A stretch of DNA of 64,000 nt from Octopus sinensis (GCF_006345805.1 NC_042999.1:128092001-128156000); one strand, 5' to 3'. Shown: positions 42,101-56,590, counted from the stretch's first letter. A program made the numbers and translations. Notes: generated by a model not told the origin, from the sequence alone.

Positions 42101-45100
42101 ATTAAATTTAGAATTTAATACTAAGAATGACTCAACTACTTCTTGTATTTAGTCTTGCAAGAATTCTATGGCTGTGTGTTTAAGAAGCTCACTTTGCTAC
42201 CACACACTTTTGTGTTCAATACCACTGTGGTACTTTGGGCGAGTATCTTCTATAGCCCTGAGCCGGACAATGCCTTGTGAGTGAATTTAGTAGACTGAAA
42301 CTGCTGTAAAGCTCATCACACACATACATACATGCATGCATGCATGCATGCATGTATGTATGTATGTATGTATGTATGTATGTATGTATGTATGTATGTA
42401 TGTATGTATGTATGTATGTATGAATGAATGAATGAATGAATGAATGAATGAATGAATGACGCCAACCACTCTCGGAGTGGTTGGCATTAGGAAGGGCATC
42501 CAGCTGTAGAAATTCTGCCAGATCAAGACTGGTTCGCCTGGTGCAGCCATCTGGTTCGCCAGCCCTCAGTCATTCGCCCAACCCATGCAAGCATGGAAAG
42601 CGGGTGTTAAACGATGATGATAATGATGTATGTATACATGTGTGTCTGTTTGTCTCCCTCCACCTCTTGACAAATGATGTTGGTTGTTTATGTTCCTGTA
42701 ATGTAGTGGTTCAGCAAAAACACTGATAGAATAAGTATCAGACTCTAATATATAAGTACTGGGATTAATTTTTTTGATAACTAGTTGTACTCCAACATGT
42801 TTACATCCAGTGACTGAAACAAGTGCAAAAAAGATAATATATAATCCAAAAGACCAATCATTTACACAAGAGATATTATTCTGTAAAATGACTTTCAGAT
42901 ACTTCATAAGCTGCATTTTTAAAATTATAAATTTGGTCTTGTCTTCTGCTCTAATCAGGATAAAATGGCAAGTTCTTCAAAGTAGGAAGCTAGTTCTCTA
43001 TAAACAAGGTTTGATTCTTGGTTATTATCAGTTATTAAAGAAATAAGTTAGTAAAGCTGAAGCTAGCTTTATAATTTTGTTTGTGCTGATAATAATATAT
43101 TTTGCAAAAACAAGGTTATTATGATTCTTACCCAACTTATCTCCTGCATTCAGTATGGATTATTTATCGATGGATACAACTGATTAATAAGTTTATCTAG
43201 TTGGCTCTGTTTCAGGATATGTATGTGTTGTTTAGCTGTGACCAGGTGGTAAATGTTTGACAAAACACATTGGTACTTAATATTAATAAGAGTAGAAATT
43301 AATATTATTAAATAATATCAATTTCAACTAGTGCTCAGCATACTTAAATATGTCCAAGGACTGTGAAATTTATTTAAACATAAACAATATGAGAGATCAC
43401 TATATGGATCTCTTGTATGCTAAATATAGATGCCAAACCATCTTACCACTAAATCTGTGCTCTCAACTTAGTAAGATGCTAGATATTTATGAGCTAGACA
43501 AATGAAAAGAAATAAACATGCAAGGGATCCATATAGTGATCTCTCATATTGTTACTAGTACTTAATAGTATATGATAATATTACAAAGTAAAACAGAAGT
43601 GAACATAACAATGTCTGTGTTTTGAAAGGTTAACATGGCTCTATCTTAAAGCAGTGAGCTGGCTGAATTGTTATCATGCCAGATGAAATGCTTTGTGGCA
43701 TTTCTTTTGGATTTTTATGCTCTAAGTTCAAATACCACCAAGGTTGATTTTGCCTTTCATTTTTTCAGGGCTGATAAAGTGAATCGCCTCAAATACTTGT
43801 CTTGTATCCAAATTAGAAAGGAATTAGAGTCTATCTCTGTTGAACAAATAAAAGCTTTTGATTGTTTTTTGTTTATTGTATATTGTTTATATTCATTCAG
43901 TAACATTGAATATATTCATAAGAAAATTTTATTTCTTATTTTATCCTTCTGACAGGATCATCAAACAACACGTCCTAATGTTGTGAAAAAATGGATTGGT
44001 ACTCAGCAAAAGCAGAAATTTGTGTAAGTACTTCCCTAAACATTATTTAATATGCATTATTTAATATGCATTTTATTTTTATTAGCATTACAATGAATGC
44101 AGTTATATAATGAATCTGTTATAAAACTACATTTTTATTGCAGCGACAAAATTAAAATTAGACTAATTTAAAAACAAAAATTTTTTTTTTTATATATTCA
44201 AGGTTTCCTGTTCTGCGAAATGGAGCTGCTAAATTTAGCTGGATTTTTATGCACTCACAGTGGTTGTCTAAGGATGAAGACGAAGATATTAGCCAAATGT
44301 ATATTACTGATTATGCTCGAATTTATTTCATAGAAGTCACCAATACAATATCAGGCGGTGCAGCAAGCTGTCAAAAATGTCCAAGAGGAACACAGCAAGA
44401 CGGGTATCAAAGAATTATATACTTTTTCACTGTTATTAAATGATTTTATAATTTTTCCCTTTTTGTGTTTTCTATGCATATTTTTCCTTATTCCTTAATT
44501 TCAAATTCAAACTTCTAATCCCACTAAATATTATGAAGAAATGATTATTTCCCTTATATTAACTGTCCACAAGGGTATGCCACCTGTTTACCTTATTTAC
44601 ATTTTATGCCCATATCTCTGTGTTATGTCTATTTTAATGTCTATTTCTCAACACTATGTCAACTTTTATATCCATTTCACTATACTATGTCAATTTTTAT
44701 GTTCATTACTTTTTATATCCATTTCTCAACATGATTTTGCTGTTATTAATAAATCCATCTTATTCAAGAACATTACACTAATTAGCATAATTGGTATATT
44801 TGACCAGTTTCAAGATTTAACACATACAGTACCTGTGTAATTTAACACATACAGTACCTTAAATTCTTAAAATCCTTAAAAATGTTTTAGCTCGAAGGCC
44901 GCGGCCATACTGGGGCACCACCTGTGTTATTTCAATATAAAAAGTTCATATTTTTGTGATATTTGGTTTGGTGATAAAAGAAAAGTACAAAATCTAATGA
45001 AATGATTCTATTTATTCTAACATTACTGTTAAAGGTCATAGTTTGTAAATGTTCCAGTTAATTTATGCAAAAGGTCATATAATAGTTTAGACATAAATTC

Positions 45101-48100
45101 CAGCTGTTTATCTCTCTTTTTTAATCAGTAGTATTTACTCTAAGTTAAAACAAATCAGCTAATAAAAATATCTCTCGTGGTTGCAACTAAATTAAAATTC
45201 TTAATTTATCTGTCATTCTTCAAAATTTTGGCATTAAACTAAATTTAGATGAGCATTAAAATATTTTTATGAAATATGTCTTACTGTAATCTTAACAAAT
45301 ACCAGTGATAAGAAATAAAATGCTAGAATTTAGAGACTAGTCTGACAAGGTTCATAAATCATGAAAGGCTTGAAATATTTCTTGACATGGCTTGACATTA
45401 CTACTTGTATTCAAATTGCAACAAGATAATAACATGAAGGCATTGAAATACTTAGAAGTAGTATTTCTAACTACTTCTAAGAATAGTGGTAACAAAATTT
45501 TTTGCACATTATGTGTCCTTATTAACATATAGACAAATGTATTTTAAAGATGTATTTTCCTATTTATGAATGGTAAAGTATCTATATATAATATGAAAAT
45601 ATTTTGACAAAATTGTTACTGTAATGATTCTTTGTTATCAGGTTAAAATTACTGAATCCTTTAAATGTGAAAGGGATTATTGAAGGTTGATCTCTGCTTG
45701 GTTTCATATCTTGGCACAAGGCCAGCCATTTCAGGGTTGATTAAATTAACCTCAGTGCTCAGCTAGTACTTATTTTATTGACCCTGAAAGGATGAAAGGC
45801 AAAGTCAATCCTTGTGGCATTTGGACCCAGAACATAGAGACAGACGAAATGATTGTTAAATATTCATTGGACATACTCCTGAATTTATACTGATATAAAT
45901 AGAAAAATGTATATATTACACTAATGGCAAATCACAAAATCTTTTATATTGTTCCTTGTGTAATTGTGGAGATTATAAAATCATACATGTAGAATTTATG
46001 TTTCTAGAACTATGCCTCACATCTTAAGGAAACATTTGATTAAATTTTGTACTCCACTATAAAAGTAATATCACTTTTGAAGTTGAAACAGTCAAATATA
46101 TGATAAATAATTTCGTTTTTTAAAAATTGAATGAAGTTCAGTGCTGTGGAATAATAATGAATGAAGTTTTTTTTAAGAGCTAGTTATTCTGAAAAGCAAT
46201 TTTGATAAAGTATATTGTTCCCATCTTTGTTGCCCTCTCTGAAATGCTGTTTTGTACCTTCAGAGGGTGTGGTTACCTAGTTTGAGAAGTCATTTAGCAA
46301 AATTTCTCTTGTGAAATGCACCATTGAAATCTTGAAGCTACAAGATAGTGTGTGATTAATTCGAAACAACGTGAATAAATAAGCTTTACATTTGACAAAG
46401 AAATTTGAATGCTAAAGGGCTAACACCAATTGTGTTAATAACATTAAAAGCATAAACACTGCCTGGGAGTTACTTGACAAAATGCATGAGTCAAACATTA
46501 GCACAATATGTCCATTATGTCTACACCTATTTATTGTTACTAAACACAAATACAAGCATCAAACCTAAATAATAAATTATCACATACTTGTAACTACAAA
46601 GTATAGACATTTTAAAATAAGATACAGGTAATAGAAATATCATGAAAATGGCCATTGCCATCTCCAGAATTATAGAACTTGAAAACCTTAAAACATTAAC
46701 CTTTTGGTATTCAGGTTATTCTGTCTAATGTAGTGCTAATTTATTCACAATGTTTTGAATTAATCATACTTGTTTTGTTGCTTTAGGATTTCAGTGATGT
46801 AATTGTTTATTTTTAGAATAACATTGTATGGTGTGTGAGAGGCTGGATCTAACTTATTTAGGCATAAAACACAGAATATTTTGGCCTGATGCAGGTAGTT
46901 TAAATGCTAAATGGGTAAAACAAACTAGCAACCAAAACATACGAGGGGGTGCTGAAAAGTTCCTGGCTTTAAGGATATGGCAAAAGGCCTGGTTGGCGGC
47001 CCAACCTTCCAAGTTCTTTTACAGGGCTTAGAACAACTAAAAGACCGCTGCAATAAGTGTGTGAATCTGAGAGGGGAATATGTTGAATAAAATCATAATT
47101 AACTGATCCTCCTGTATTTTTTTAACCAAAGCCAGGAACTTTTTAGCATTCCTTTGTATTGAACAGAATTCATTGAACATAGTTGAAAACATGCATTGCA
47201 ACTTCATAAAACAGAGATATGAGAGAAGAAGAGTTGGAGAGAAAAATATATTTACAGCGACCTTTACTATTATATATTATTTTTCTGTTACAGCTGTGTT
47301 CCCTGTCCAGATGGACACTATATTGATGTGAACTCTACTAAGTGTACTCCGTGCCCACCAAATACTGTAGTTCATTCTGGTAATGCCTGGGGAATAGAGT
47401 CATGTAAACCTTGTGGACCAGGATTGCATGCTGTTGATGGACGCCAATGTATCTCTAACTGTACCTACAAAGATGTAAAGAATAACCGGCATTATGACTT
47501 CGAAAGTCTTGCTGGGTAAGTTTGTTATTTTCTGTTAAAACGATTGAAATTACTGTTTCTTTCTTTCTCAGTCCTTAAACCTTCCGACACAAATGAACAT
47601 GTACTTCTAGTCTGTCTTGAGACTCTATTGCCTCTCTTCCATTGCCATCTGTTCAAAGTCCTCTGAATTTTCTTGTTCTATAATGTACCTGGGAGGTAGA
47701 ATGACTGCTACACTAAATGCCATATTGTCTTCAGTTGTACCAGTAGAAAAGATGCTTATGATAGATATTGTCATCACCACCACCACCATCATCATCATCA
47801 TCGTCATCATCATCCTTTACTGTCCGTCTTCCATGCTGGCATGGGTTGGATGGTTTGGCCAGAGCTGGGAAACTGGACCAGGTTCCAGTCTGATTTGGCT
47901 TGGTTTATATGGCTGGATGCCCTTCCTAATGTTAGCCACTTTACAGTATGTGCTGGGTGCTTTTAATATGCCACCAGCATGAGTGCCTTTACGTGGAACC
48001 AGCACGAGTGCTTTTTACATGGTATGGCACTGTGACACCAGCACAATGTGGCACTGATATGAAGAAAATAGTAAAGTATATACACACACACACATATATA

Positions 48101-50732
48101 TACACATACATGTATATATTTCTATATATACATACACACACATGCATATCATCATCATCATCATCGTTTAGCGTCCGTTTTCCATGCTAGCATGGGTTGG
48201 ACGGTTCTACTGGGGTCTGTGAAGCCAGAAGGCTTCATCAGGCCCAGTCAAATCTGGCAGTGTTTCTACGGTTGGATGCCCTTCCTAACGCCAACCACTC
48301 CGTGAGTGTAGTGGGTGCTTTTTACGTGCCACCCGCACTGGTGCCAGACAGAGCTGGCAAACGGCCATGAACGGATGGTGCTTTTTATGTGCCACCGGCA
48401 CGAGGCCAGGCGAGGCTGGCAACGGACACGAAACGGGGCGGTGCTGGCAACGGTCGCGAAACGGAAAGTTCTCTTACATGCCACCGGCACTGGTAACACA
48501 TCTGCAATTCCATTGATCGATTTCCATTGATCGATTTCCATTGATCGATTTCGATTCTGATCGTCACTTGCCTCAACGGGTCTTCACAAGCAGAGTTTTG
48601 ACATGCCACCGGCACTGGTAGCACATCCGCAATTTCCATTGATCGATTTCGATTCTGATCCTCACTTGCCTCATCACGTCTTCACAAGTAGAGTTTTGTG
48701 TCCCAAGAAGGGAAGGTATGCATACGTAGGCTGGCTCCATCCCATGTAGAAGGCCACGGGTTATGGACTCACTTGTCCTGCCGGGTCTTCTCGCGCACAG
48801 CACACTTCCAGAGGTCTCGGTCTCTAGTCATTTCCTCAGTGAGACCTAAAGTTCGAAGGTTGTGCTTCACCACCTCGTCCCAGGTTTTCCTGGGTCTGCC
48901 TCTTCCACAGGTTCCCTCAACCGCTAGGGTGTGGCACTTTTTCACACAACTATCTTCATCCATTCTCGCCACATGACCATACCAGCGCAAACGTCTCTCT
49001 TGCACACCACAACTGATGCTTCTTAGGTCCAGCTTTTCTCTCAAGGTACTTACACTCTGCCGAGTGTGAGTACCGGCATTACACATCCATCGGAGCATAC
49101 TGGCTTCATTTCTAGCGAGCTTACGCATATCCTCAGCAGTCACAGCCCATGTTTCACTGCCATGTAGCATGGCTGTTCGTACACACGCATCATACAGTCT
49201 GCCTTTCACTCTGTGCGAGAGGCCTTTTGTCACCAGTAGAGGTAAGAGCTCTCTGAACTTTGCCCAAGCTATTCTTACTCTAGCAGTTACACTTTCAGCA
49301 CACCCGCCCCCGCTGCTGACTTGGTCACCTAGGTAACGGAAACTATCAACTATTTCTAGTTTTTCTCCCTGGAAGTGACGGAAGTTGGTCTCAGAGCATT
49401 TTCAGTGTTTATTGTTCCTGAGCATCTGCCACATACAAAAACCATCTTCCTAGTTAGCCTTCCTTGACATTGCTGCATCTCTTATGTGTCCATAGCTTAC
49501 ACTTGGTGCATCTTATAGAGTTTCTACCTACACCTTTTCTACAGATCGAGCAGGGCCATCTACCTGAAGGTGTTTGTGATTTGTCTACCTTCCTACTGAT
49601 TACGACTTTGGTTTTAGCTAGATTGACTCTGAGGCCCTTCGATTCTAATCCTTGTTTCCACACCTGAAACTTCTCCTCCAGTTCTGATAGCGACTCAGCA
49701 ATTAGAGCAAGGTCATCAGCATAGAGGAGCTCCCAAGGGCATCCTGTCTGAATTCCTCCGTTATTGCCTGGAGGACTATGATAAATAGGAGGGGGCTGAG
49801 TACTGAGCCTTGGTGGACTCCTACCTCTACCCGGAATTCTTCACTGTACACATTTCCAACCCTCACCCTACTAGCGGCGTCCCTGTACATGACCCGCACA
49901 GCTCTCACTAACCATTCATCTATCCCTAGTTTCCTCATTGCCCACCAGATAAGGGATCGGGGGACCCTGTCGAAGGCTTTCTCCATGTCAACAAAAGCCA
50001 GGTACAGGGGCTTATCTTTGGCTAGGTATTTCTCCTGCAGCTGCCTTACCAGGAATATAGCATCAGTAGTACTTTTCCCTGGCACAAACCCAAACTGCAT
50101 CTCATCTAAACTAACTCTCTCTCTAATTAGTTGGGCTATGACCCTCTCCGTAACCTTCATCACCTGGTCCACCAGCTTGATACCTCTGTAGTTATTTGTA
50201 TCTAGGGCATCACCTTTACCTTTGTAGCAGTTGACTATTATACTGCTACACCAGTCATTGGGTATGACCCCTTTGTGTATCACCTGATTAACTATACGGG
50301 TGACTAGGCTATAGCCGACACTACCAGACATTTTGAGCATCTCTGCAGTGATTCCTGATGGGCCTGGGGCTTTCCCTGTCTTCATGCTTCTAATTGCCTT
50401 AGCTACCACGGAACTATCAACTCGGATAGCTGGTCCCTCTGTTGGGTCAACATTCGGCAGACTCTCTTTATCCCATTCATTTTCTTCATTCAGCAACCTT
50501 TCATAGTGGCATCTCCAAACCTCTCTCTTTGCATCCTCATTTAGCGCAAGTGAACCATCTTCCATGCGAACACACTTCTCTCCTTATATATATATGTAAA
50601 TGAGTGGCTTATTAGGAATTTAATAACTTAAAGGCAAATTTAAGACATCACTATAGTGACAAAGGGTACTAAATGGTAGCAGCATTGTTAGAAATAAGAG
50701 TCAAAACAACTTAATAGCCACAAATGTACAGT

Positions 50733-50772
<40 letters not shown>

Positions 50773-53700
50773 AGCCTACATACATACAATCATCATCATT
50801 TTAATGTCCATTCTCCATGCTGGCATGGGTTGGATGGTTTGACAGGAACTGGTGAGCTAAGGAGCTTCATCAGGCTCCATTCTCTGTTTTGAATGGTTTC
50901 TACAGCTGGAGGCCCTTCCTAATGCCAGCCATTTTACAGAGTGTACTTGGTGCTTTTTACATGGCACTAGCATGAGTGGTATCACCAAGTAACTTGTAAG
51001 ATAAAGATCCCTGACTAGTTGGTGGTGGGGAGTAGTATTGAGAGAGGTGGCTCTGTGCCAGTAGAGATGTTAAAGTATAATAGGGGATAGAGATAGGTGC
51101 TTTGCTATAGTGGAGATACTTGACAACCACAGCTGCGAAAAGAAAAGAGAGATAAAGATAGAGAATAAGAAAGGCAAACACAAGAGAGAGAGAGAGAGAG
51201 AGAGAGATGATAGTGGAGATGTATTGGGATATGTTTTACAGAGTACAGTGAGATAAATATAAATGAATGTAAGTGGTACAGAGGATTAGACAGGATGAGT
51301 GGGCAGGGAGGGATAGAGGTGGGGGATGTTTCATTAGAGTGTGATGGGAGATGGTTAGAGATGGGTCAGAGGTAACTAGCAGGTGATAGAACTGGCTCAA
51401 GGGGGCTGTATTTTCCTTTATTATATCCTTTTATTTTAAATCATCTTTCCTATCTATGTACTCCACCCATTTTACTAATTATTGGTTATAAATTTTGACA
51501 TAAGACCAGTGATTTTGGAGAAAATGGTAAGTCAATTACATCAACCTCCAATACTCAACTGGTGTTTATTTTATCAACCCTAAACTCAGAATGTTAAGAT
51601 GGATGAAATTCTGCTAAGCATTTCATCTAGTATGCTAACGATTCTGCTAGCTTGCCACCTTAGAATTAATATCAATGTTAGGATTATTTAAATATGTAAA
51701 AAAAAAATGCATTGGGTTTTCTCTGTGTGCTGCAAAGTAAAATCTGATGACAGTGATACAGTTTCAGTAGGAAATGTGCTAACTTGAATAAATGTAGTTA
51801 CCATGAGGAATAAAAGGGTGTATCATCAATAAAAGGCTTGTAGTTTTAACCCTTTTTTTCGTATATTTCTGTGGAAGAATGCAATCTTTGTTCCTATTAA
51901 TTGTAAAAATAATGAAGAATTTAGTAAAATAACTGTCATTATAAATTGGTGTCTGGGATATAAATTAATGTGAAATTTTGATGGGAAGTTTTAAGTTAGA
52001 TTACATTAAAACGGGAAGTTTGTATCATGGAACCAAAGGCAGTCCTATGCAGGTTGATATCAAAATATTTACATGTCGTATCTCTTTTGTTCAGTTATTA
52101 CATTTACTGTCTGCTTTATAATTGATATCATTTACATGAATGCATATCATTTTTGTCTCCCTTACACATTTTTAACTTCCCTTGAAACGTGACTATTGTA
52201 GGGGTTAATGCAGTTTTGCACCTCTCCTTGATAAATGCATTTTTTGGAAAGTTTTTTTCAGATTCCTATGTTTTAGATGTCAGAGATTGCAAATATGCAA
52301 AAACAAAATTAAGTGGGGTGAAATTAAAATGTAGGAATCCAAAAAATGCATTTTTCAAGGGGAGGTGCTAAACTGCATTAGCCCCCTATTTTATGTAGCC
52401 TCATCAAATATAGGAGAAACAGTTAAGTCACTGATGGAGATGCTGCTAGTTTGGTTTACAGTTTTCCCTCTTTCCTTTACAACTACATAGTAACATTTAT
52501 TCTGACCAGACTCCGACCTTATTTTCTTTGAGACTTTTGTAATCAGTGTAAGGCTCTTTTTCATCTCATGCATACTCTTGACATATAGTTTCAAGTCATT
52601 CACAAAGAAAGGATTTATTTTTTTTACCAGAATACATAATTATCGTTATCTTATCTCATTTTTTTTTGTCCACTCAATCCTGGGAAGGTTGTGGTGGCAG
52701 TCCTCAAGTATACCTTCCATTGGGTCTTGTCAGAAGCAACCGTCTCCAATTGATCTGGTTGGATCCTCAAGCAAGACCAACTGAGCTCATGGATGTTTTC
52801 TGACCATTTTGCTTCTGGTCTACTGCTGGGTCTTCTGCCAGTTGGTTTTGTTCATAAAACCTGTCCTGTTATAATTTTCATTATCATTATTTTTTAAATT
52901 CTATCTCAGTGACAATTGTTTTCCTAACTGGAAATGAAAAACTTCACCTTATATATGTTTATGTAAAATTCTGTTGATGTTCATTATAGGACTCTTTCAC
53001 ATGTGCTATTGATTTCTTATATATGCACAATGTTACAAATGTCAATGTTGGTTGTGAAAGAGGGACACAGTCAATTGTATTGAACTTAATAGTTGACTAA
53101 TACTTATTTTATCAACTCTGGAAGTATGTAAAAGGAGATAACTAAATAATGTCACATGACATCTTATCTGATATTTTAATGATCTTGTAGTGATGCTGCC
53201 GGGTAAGGTTCAGTGCACATGCGCAGAATTGGATTACTTCCGGTTGGCCACCGGAAGTCTTCCTCATGCGCATGTGCAGGAACTGACCCCTAAAACGCGG
53301 TTCGCTAACTCATTCTTTCGAGAACGGACGTGTCTTGACTGTCTCTCTGAGGACCTCATCCCAACCAAGCGGGAGTGAACCCGACAAATCGTTTGACTAA
53401 CAACAAGAAAGCGTAGCAATCAGCTCTGCAGATTCGGTTGTCGGTTTCCCACTAGAGAACACGTGCAACCGAGAATAAACAACCATTTACTGTGATCGTA
53501 GACCGCCTGACTTTGTCTCTGTTATTCTACCTAAATTGTATGTGACGGGATCAGATCGGACACCCCTCCAGTGATACCAAACCTGATCCTGTTACAATCT
53601 GTTAATACTCCACCCTATTCACATAGATTATTTACAATAAGATGAAAATGCTAAAATTTTGTGTACAATTGAACAATTTCAGGTTTTTGTTTCCCACATT

Positions 53701-56537
53701 TTCCATTCACAACATAGTGTGCATACACATTCTTGATTGCAGGAATAATCTATTTCTGGACCAATCAAAACAAACATACATTTATTTTTAGCAAATCTGT
53801 ATTTAGTTGTGTTGACTTAGCTGAACAATTCCATGCCACAAATGAATCATCTTGGTTAAATAACTGTGAAAGAATTATTATTGCAAGTGGAGAATATCAT
53901 TTCACTGAATAAATGGTGTAGAAAAATCTGTCATGCATAGAACTTGAATAAACCTGGTACATATAGTGTAGGTATTGGGAAACACAACAAGATTTTGTGG
54001 TTGCTATTGTTTTACTACTGGTGAATCCCAGTTGATCAGACCTGTGATCAAGTGTTCCACTTAATTGTTCTGTTTCTATTTAAGCACAGTATACTTTTTT
54101 TTTTCCACATTAGTAGTCTGCTATTTGAGTAGCATTTGACTATTATTTATAGTAGGTTAAGTGGTTACATAGAGAATTCCTCTTAGGCACATATTGTAGC
54201 AGACTGGCTCAGTGGGATTGTGCCAGGCCAGAGGCTAGGTGGTTGAGAACTGAATCTGCAGGTAGTAGTTGGTGAATGTGAAAAACCAGGTAACTGGAAC
54301 TTGAGAAATCTTCTTGGTTTTTGTTGATTAGAGTTATTAATCTTGTTTCTATTTGTCTCCTATTTACAGCTTTCAACATGTAATTGGAGGACATCTATTT
54401 ACCTCAGCTGGCACCCAGTACTATCATGGCTTCAACATCACTCTCTGTGGATCTCCAGATGGGCCTAAAGCTCAGTGTATAAATAATGTCACTACGCTAC
54501 CCAAAGAGGTAAAAAATTAATTTATCTTAACCTTATAAGTTTACTCTAGAAATGAGAAATCTTATCAATGGAAATTTAGAAATTCATTTTTAAGTAAATG
54601 TTTGTTTATTTGTTTTTAGAATTATGGTACCACTTATATGGCAAGTATTCTTTGTTGAGTTTTCCATCTAGTTTATCCTGCTTATTGCTTCAATATCTGG
54701 ATTTAAGTCAGCATGACAAAATAGTAACAAACCTAAATGAAGACCAACCTTCTACTGTTGTTATTTGAGAGAGTTCTTCTAAACTATCCATTAAGTTTTC
54801 TGTTACACTAGAGCTTGTGTCTTTTCAAAATACTGTCCAAAAGATTAGTTGGACATAAGTCTGCAAACTTTCTGAACCCAAGCAGAAATATTTATTGCTA
54901 TAGTTGGTGTAGCCGTGTGGTCAAGACGTTTTCCTTCCAACCATGTAGATTTGGGTTCAGTCCCACTGCATGTCACTTAAGCAAGTGCAGTTTACTATAA
55001 CTCTGGGCTGACCAAAGCCTTGTGTGTGGATTTGGTAGATAGAATCTGAAGGAAGCCTATCATATATATTTGTGTGTGTGTGTGTGTGTATGCCTATATA
55101 TGCCTATATCTTTGTCTTGACATCCATATGATGGTCATAGAAGAGCATTGCCATCAGACATGCAATATTGTTCATTTCCAGACTTGAATGAAAAACATAT
55201 CTGGTCATAGGGAAAGTGATTGTTTAATTTATAACATGACCATTGAAACCAACCTGCCTTGTTGTGCATATCATTACGCAATGTATGTTTTTAAGCTGAT
55301 TTGCATTTCCTCCTGTGAAATTTTCATAATAAATCAGATCATCATCATCATCGTTGTTTTTGTTGATGCCATCATCATCATTGCCATTGTTGCCATCATC
55401 ATCATCATAGCTTCACCACCACCACCACCATCATCATGCATGTTGACAAAACTCTATGGGCACTATCATTTCCTCTGGTATTGACAAACTGCATCATAAA
55501 AGGAAAAATGTATTGTCAGTATCCTCCTCCTCCACATCATCATCATCTCTGTGTACATTGTGACCATCATCATCATCATCATCATAATCTTGTTGTGGTT
55601 GCCTCCCATTAGAAGGTCAAAGGTGCAATTCAAGTAGATGTAGCAGAATGGTTTCTTCAACTCAAACTAACTCAAGGTTTCTAACCTTAGGATTGCGAAC
55701 TTGACTGCAAGGACTGTACTCGGCTGAGTTTGACAATGCAATTTGCTTTCCACACAGAAAATGGTTCCATGTCAAAAATTGTTCCATTGGGACTTTGTAA
55801 TCATTCTTATCATCATTACTATCATCATTATCATCATCAGTAGATGTTTTTTGCTTATTTATCCGACATTCTCCATATTGGACTTCCTTCAGTTTTCCAG
55901 CTTCTTCTTTATACACTCTGTCGTATTGTATGTATAGATTTATATTTCTTGACATATGCGCGCGCGTGTGTGTGTGTGTGTTGATTGTGTTTTTGCAGTC
56001 AAGTGTGGTGATTTATATTCATCATCACCATCATCATCGACTTCATCATCAACTTCATCATCATCATAATTGACCTCATTATCTTCATTATCGTCATCAG
56101 GTGTCATCATCATCATAATTATTCCAGACAATGTTGATGGCATCATTTCATTATCATTATTCATTGATGCTTCTGTGGATTGCAGATGAGCATGATATAT
56201 ATTTTATCCCTCGGCTGATTTATCTGTCTGCAGGTTTACATGTGCAAACTCCTTATTTCTACTTACCCAAATTTCTGTGTCTTCCAGGTTGGCAATGAAC
56301 CTTCAAGCTCTTTTCCTATTATTAGGCTTACCTGATTACCATTTTCATATTTATTTGTCTTTGTTGCAGCTTTGCTCCCTCCCTCCCTCCCTCTCTACCC
56401 CTCTTTCCTCTCATGTGTGTGTATGCATATGTATATATTATAGATATGCACATATATATTTGTGTGTATATATATATATATACCTCAGCATGGCTGCAGC
56501 TTTGAGTTGAAACCAATAAAAGGATATTATATATATG

Positions 56538-56590
<53 letters not shown>

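Noticed and set aside
48215-48250. CTGATGA followed by an AGCC-TTCT-GGCT hairpin on the minus strand (hammerhead-like)
   Set aside because: The hairpin is followed by TCAC instead of GAAA, and there is no helix III or NUH site. It is an ordinary hairpin in the RTE 3' UTR.
960-50960. Apparent excess of RTE-derived 3' ends antisense to the gene
   Set aside because: A rough count of about 12 minus versus 7 plus is too small to distinguish from chance.
55662-56164. Asp-rich minus-strand ORFs
   Set aside because: The acidic runs come from (CAT)n microsatellites; no splice-compatible context or homology was recognised.
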